From IMG/VR virus record IMGVR_UViG_3300037153_000606: 64,000 nucleotides of DNA. One strand, 5' to 3'. Below the pieces are notes generated by a model. That model was given only the letters and a program-made list of their open reading frames with translations. It did no database searches and was not told the origin of the DNA. Shown here piece after piece: positions 59,776 to 64,000 of this stretch (its first letter is position 1; every line of letters begins with the position of its first letter). The DNA is from a virus. Both the position numbers and the translations under genes were made by a program.

Positions 59776-61097
59776 TGGTCGTTTACACGGTCTTCAACCA
59801 GGCCAGTGTCGGTATCACGTCCAGCGCCGGGGATACCTCCGGCTACACCATGGCGATGACCTTCAAGGTCATCCAGGCCGCCGCGCTCACCGGTATCTGG
59901 TTCTTCTCGCCGCCGGGTGCGGCGCACCTGCCGGTCACCTGCGGGGTGATGCGCGACTCGGACCAGGCCACCGTCGCGGTGAACAGCGCCCCGTCCTGGT
60001 CCGGCGCGGCAGGCTCCGGCTGGGTGAAATGCAGTTTCGACGGCTCGGTCACGCTGTCCCCGGCGCAGAGCTACAAGGCGTGCATCGTCGCCCATTCCGG
60101 GTTCGACACCTACGGCGCGTCGGCGTTCTACTGGTCCGGTGCCGGGGCGGGCGCGAACGGGATCGTCAACGGGCCGCTGTACGCACCGGGCGCGGCGTAT
60201 GCCAGCCCCGGCCAGGACTCGTTCGTCGGGCAGTCGACCGACACGCTGAGCTTCCCGACCGGCTCGTTCCACGACGGCAACTACGGCATCGACGTCGAGA
60301 TCAGTGCCACCGTCGTGCCGTCCACGACGACACTGCTGGCCGCGTACTCCTTCGACGCCTCCAACGGTGCCGACGACTCCGGCAACGGGCACACCCTGAC
60401 CGACACGACCGGCGGGCACGTCAGCTTCGTCACCGGTAAGGACGGCACCGGCAAGGCGATGCATGGTGATGGTGCCGGTGGGTTGGGTGCGGTGTCGTTC
60501 GGGCAGGCTGACTCGACCTCCTGGCTGAATTCGTCGGTCGGTGACCAGATCACGATCATGGCCTGGGCGAGCGTCAGTCCCGACGAGCACCCGGTCATCT
60601 CCTGCGGCAATACGGCGGACTGGGTCGACAACCTCGCATTGTGGATCATCGGCGGCAACATGTACGTGCTGGTGCCTGACTCCACTGCGTCACAGGCCAC
60701 CCACGGAAGCTTCACCGCGAACACCTGGACCCACTTCGCCGTGGTCTACAACTCGGTGACCGGGGTGGTGCTGCTCTACATCAACGCCATCCTCGCGGCG
60801 GACACCGTGATCTCCGGCGTACTGAACTTCCCCAGCGCGAAATTCACCGTCGGCACCACCGCCGTCTACACCAGCGACAGTGTGGTCAACGGTTCGGTCG
60901 ACGATGTCCGGGTCTACCACGGTGCCTTGACTGCGGCCCAGATCGCGACCTGCATGAACACCTCGGTCGGTACCAAGGCCGACCCGCTGGTGACGGTGGA
61001 TCTCAAGCGCGCCACCGGTTCGGGATGGGCAGACACCGGGATGCAACTGGCCGGGTCGAGCGGCTGGGCGTCGGTGAAGGCACCCAAGCCGCTCTGA
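59775..61097 (+). CDS. fibre/receptor-binding protein, DUF4082-like plus LamG domains
   Basis: MTFKV..TGIWFF..NYGIDV; WTHFAVVYN..LLYIN..VDDVRVY. Confidence 0.75.
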   Translation: MVVYTVFNQASVGITSSAGDTSGYTMAMTFKVIQAAALTGIWFFSPPGAAHLPVTCGVMRDSDQATVAVNSAPSWSGAAGSGWVKCSFDGSVTLSPAQSYKACIVAHSGFDTYGASAFYWSGAGAGANGIVNGPLYAPGAAYASPGQDSFVGQSTDTLSFPTGSFHDGNYGIDVEISATVVPSTTTLLAAYSFDASNGADDSGNGHTLTDTTGGHVSFVTGKDGTGKAMHGDGAGGLGAVSFGQADSTSWLNSSVGDQITIMAWASVSPDEHPVISCGNTADWVDNLALWIIGGNMYVLVPDSTASQATHGSFTANTWTHFAVVYNSVTGVVLLYINAILAADTVISGVLNFPSAKFTVGTTAVYTSDSVVNGSVDDVRVYHGALTAAQIATCMNTSVGTKADPLVTVDLKRATGSGWADTGMQLAGSSGWASVKAPKPL

Positions 61098-61098
61098 C

Positions 61099-61236
61099 TC
61101 ACGAGTGGATGCGGATCTTCTTCGGCAACGGGTGTTTCTTGTCCTCGTCGGGGAGGTATTTCTCGATCAGCCTGGCGAGGATGATGAAGAAGAAACTCGA
61201 ACCGGTCATGACGATCGAGGTGAGGGCGTCACTCAT
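61099..61236 (-). CDS. 45-aa single-TM peptide, type I toxin-like shape
   Basis: MSDALTSIVMTGSSFFFIILARLIEKYLPDEDKK..; GGAG RBS inside an inverted repeat. Confidence 0.45.
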   Translation of the reverse strand: MSDALTSIVMTGSSFFFIILARLIEKYLPDEDKKHPLPKKIRIHS

Positions 61237-61516
61237 TGCACTTGCTCCACAGCATTTGGGGGATTCCACGGAACCCGGCAGTGCACATGGAGTCCAGGTT
61301 GATCCGGGCAGGGCTGCAGCATATGTCGTCCCAGCCGCTCGATTGAACAAAGATTTTACAAGTGGAGCAAGATCCTCTAAAGACAGCCCGGGACGGCAGT
61401 CCTCTAGACCAATTCACAGGCGTCTGCGGCCTGGTTGGTCGATCAACGAAACCGCAAGTGTGACCTCCGCCACAATGAGATCACTGCGGCAACGGGCCCG
61501 GATTCGTCGAACCGTT

Positions 61517-61522
61517 TAGAAT
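61517..61522 (+). promoter_or_regulatory. -10 box TAGAAT upstream of the pentamer array
   Basis: matches TANNNT, 12 nt before the first GGC. Confidence 0.5.
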
Positions 61523-61534
61523 GATGCCGCCCAT

Positions 61535-62086
61535 GGCACGGCTTGGCCGGGCATGCCTTGGCGCGGTTTGGTTCGGCAGTCAGGGCGCGGCCTGGCCCGG
61601 CGCGGCTGGTCAAGGCTTGGCCTGGCATGGCAGGCGCGGCAACGGCTAGGCAGGGCTTGGCCGGGTTTGGTCAGGCTTGGCATGGCAGGCAAGGCGGGGC
61701 CCGGTTAGGTACGGCGAGTTAGGGCGGGGCAGGGCACGGCAGTCGCGGCAAGGCTAGTTAGGGTTCGGCCGGGCTTGGCCGGGTTTGTCAGGGCAGTCGT
61801 GGTTCGGCCCGGTTCGGCTAGTCGGGGCCTGGTTGGGCACGGCAGGCATGGTACGGCTTGGCGAGGCATGGCAACGCAAGGCGAGGCGCGGCAGTCGGGG
61901 TTTGGCTTGTCGCGGCCAGGCACGGTCCGTCCCGGCTCGGTAGTCGTGGTGCGGCTGGGTCCGGCAGGGCTAGGTGCGGCGCGGTGCGGCAGCCGTGGTT
62001 GGGCATGGTTCGGCAAGTCCAGGCTAGGCAGGTCGCGGCAGGCAAGGGCAGGGTCTGGCGGGTTAGGGCGCGGTTGGGCGTGGCAG
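61535..62086 (+). repeat. GGY-NN pentamer array organised in about 11 units mostly of 49 or 54 nt; putative guide-like ncRNA array
   Basis: 5-nt periodic GG(C/T)NN with GG(C/T)AG delimiters at 61575, 61629, 61684, 61738, 61792, 61841, 61890, 61939, 61988, 62037 and 62082. Confidence 0.85.
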
Positions 62087-62087
62087 G

Positions 62088-62118
62088 GCCCCGGTTCTTC
62101 ACTAAGTGGAACCGGGGC
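62088..62118 (+). terminator. hairpin closing the pentamer array
   Basis: GCCCCGGTTC..GAACCGGGGC perfect 10-bp stem. Confidence 0.65.
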
Positions 62119-62525
62119 TCGTGTCATCATGTGCCGGTGATGCACGAGCCCTGCCCGTCCTGCGGACACGCGATCATCGACCACCTTCCGGGCGGGTGTA
62201 GCAGATGGGACTCGGTGTGGGAACCATTCCTGAAGTACTACCGAAGGGTGTGGTGCAGGTGCCGACAGAATCTCGCTGTTACCCCACCGGCATCGCCCCG
62301 CAGTCCGGAGATGTACTCGGCATCTACTGCGACAAGTGTGATCACACCAACGTGATCCACCGGCGCGAGGACGGCCAGTGCGCCGCCTGCCGCACCGAGG
62401 CGATGACCGACGAGTTCATCGCCGACGCGGCCAGGGAACTGCGGGATGCCTGGAACGCCCTGTTGGCCAGCGCGGAGAAGCGCCAGGGCAATGTCCTGAA
62501 CTGAGGCACGCGCCCGAAGTAGGGG

Positions 62526-64000
62526 ATGGCTTCGGGAGGTCGCGTGCTGCGCCACGAAACGCGGGGATGGCAGAAGCACTCTGCCACCGACCCGGCCGAC
62601 TACTCCGACTTCAAGGTCGGCGACCGGGTGATGACCTGTGACGGGTTCGCGGGTCAGGTCGTCGCGGTGGCCGACGGCCTGTACCAACAGACCGAGGCGT
62701 ACACCGTAAGGCTCGACAACGGGATGGGCGGCGGCGATTACCAGGAGGGCCAGCTCTGGAAGGCCCCGGCCCGCTCGGCTGCGCGCGAGAATGGCGAGCC
62801 TGATCTGGAGCCGGTGGAGGCCGGGGAACACGTCTCGGCCGCGTACTACTACCCTGAGCTGGGCACCGTCTTGGACGACCGGCCGCCGATCGAACGGATA
62901 CGGGTGTTCGCCGCGTTCGTCGCCGCCGACACCACCGACGAGGACGACCCGCAACCGGAGGACGAAGAACCGGTCGAGGATGTCGACGAGGCCGAACAGG
63001 GTGCGGAGGGTGCCGACCAACCCGACACCTGCTCGTACTGCGGCAACGACTCCTTCAAGGACTTCCAGGACACCGGGCGCGGTACCCGGGCCCGGTGCGC
63101 GCAGTGCGGCGGCACCATGGTCAAGCCGCACGACGGCGTGCAGTGGTCACCGGAGTTCCCCAACTCGCCGGAGAACGCCGCCTCCCGCCAGTCCGATTTC
63201 CGCTCGGTGATCAACGACCCGCGCGCGGTGCACTCCTCGTTGGGGGTGGCCACCGGCGCGTTGTCTGCCCCGTGTGAGACTCCAGGTGCGCAGTACTCCA
63301 CTTCGGTTGGACCCGACTCGGTAGGAGTGGAGGTGCACCTGCCGTTTGAGCTGCCGGTGGAGACCAAGACCGAAGCGCAGGACTTGGAAGCCCGTATGCA
63401 CAACGGTATGGAGGCCATCTTGGCTCCCTACTTCGTAGGCCACACCGGTGCGCTCACGGTCGGCGCACTGAACGTTGCCGCCTCCGCCGAGGCCGGGTAC
63501 CCGATCTTCACCGGCCTCGCCGTCCCGGACCTGCCCGAACCTCACTTCGAGTTCATCGCCACCTGGGCCGATGTGCGGGCCAAGGCGGTGCGGATCCGCA
63601 AGGAGGGCGGGGTTCGGATCCTGGCTGCGAATGGCACCGGCGCGGTCGGTGAGGTGGACGGCGACAACTCGATCTATGAGACCGAGTTCAACTACGTGCC
63701 CGGCACCAAGCGGGTGGCCTACTGGCACTGCGGTTGCCCGTGGAGCGCCTGGGCCAACAAGGAGCGTTTCGATGGTTTCAAGAAGTTCCAGAACCGACCG
63801 TGTTCGCACAATCTCGCACTTCGGTTCGAGGTAAACGCACGCGGCATGTTCGGCCGTGAGGTCACTCCCGACGAGGACCGGCTCCCTGGCCAGTACCAGC
63901 GTTCCCCGGTGCAGGTGCAGTATCAACGGCCGGACGAGAAGTACCCGGAGGGTCGCGACCTGCGGCGGCGGACCGTGCCGCCGGGCAATGTGCGTACCGA
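62526..64000 (+). CDS. large multi-module protein with SWIM-type zinc finger (truncated by window end)
   Basis: open from ATG 62526 to the end of the window; FKVGDRVMT, CSYC..CAQC, WHCGCPW..PCSH. Confidence 0.65.
   Translation, partial: MASGGRVLRHETRGWQKHSATDPADYSDFKVGDRVMTCDGFAGQVVAVADGLYQQTEAYTVRLDNGMGGGDYQEGQLWKAPARSAARENGEPDLEPVEAGEHVSAAYYYPELGTVLDDRPPIERIRVFAAFVAADTTDEDDPQPEDEEPVEDVDEAEQGAEGADQPDTCSYCGNDSFKDFQDTGRGTRARCAQCGGTMVKPHDGVQWSPEFPNSPENAASRQSDFRSVINDPRAVHSSLGVATGALSAPCETPGAQYSTSVGPDSVGVEVHLPFELPVETKTEAQDLEARMHNGMEAILAPYFVGHTGALTVGALNVAASAEAGYPIFTGLAVPDLPEPHFEFIATWADVRAKAVRIRKEGGVRILAANGTGAVGEVDGDNSIYETEFNYVPGTKRVAYWHCGCPWSAWANKERFDGFKKFQNRPCSHNLALRFEVNARGMFGREVTPDEDRLPGQYQRSPVQVQYQRPDEKYPEGRDLRRRTVPPGNVRT

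Noticed and set aside
61535-62086. CRISPR array, or the ORFs called across it (61705-62184, 61775-62140, 61818-62102, 61858-62355)
   Set aside because: There are no identical direct repeats with unique spacers and no cas genes. The ORFs are low-complexity by-products of a stop-poor 5-nt periodic sequence.
1-64000. Prophage boundaries, integrase or host genes
   Set aside because: No integrase, att-like junction or bacterial housekeeping gene seen. The whole window reads as phage.

Overview
High-GC fragment of a large actinobacteriophage genome, probably lytic. Gene content resembles Bxz1/E3-like large actinophages; this assignment is inference. No integrase, rRNA or CRISPR array is visible. 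Recognisable genes include a RuvC-like resolvase, large terminase, intein-containing portal, rIIA/rIIB, an endolysin-like protein, sigma-like proteins, Ro60/TROVE with three Y-RNA-like elements, a metallophosphoesterase, a vWA protein, an Acb2/Tad1-like protein, and collagen/LamG fibre proteins. Several giant multi-domain ('polyvalent') proteins carry ART, GNAT, ParB, nucleotidyltransferase and RelE-like domains. Four signals stand out. (1) A non-coding array at 61535-62086 built from GGY-NN pentamers grouped into about 11 units mostly of 49 or 54 nt, with its own -10 box and terminal hairpin; it looks like a programmable guide-RNA array. (2) Three small ORFs hidden in the +1 frame inside the polyvalent genes, each ending where a RelE-like domain begins and each with the same GGGA(G/C)AAT-N7-ATG start signal; these are candidate nested antitoxins. 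(3) A recurring [R/K/H]-x-A motif at domain boundaries of the putative head proteins, suggesting polyprotein processing. (4) A repeated promoter/leader cassette in front of accessory gene clusters.
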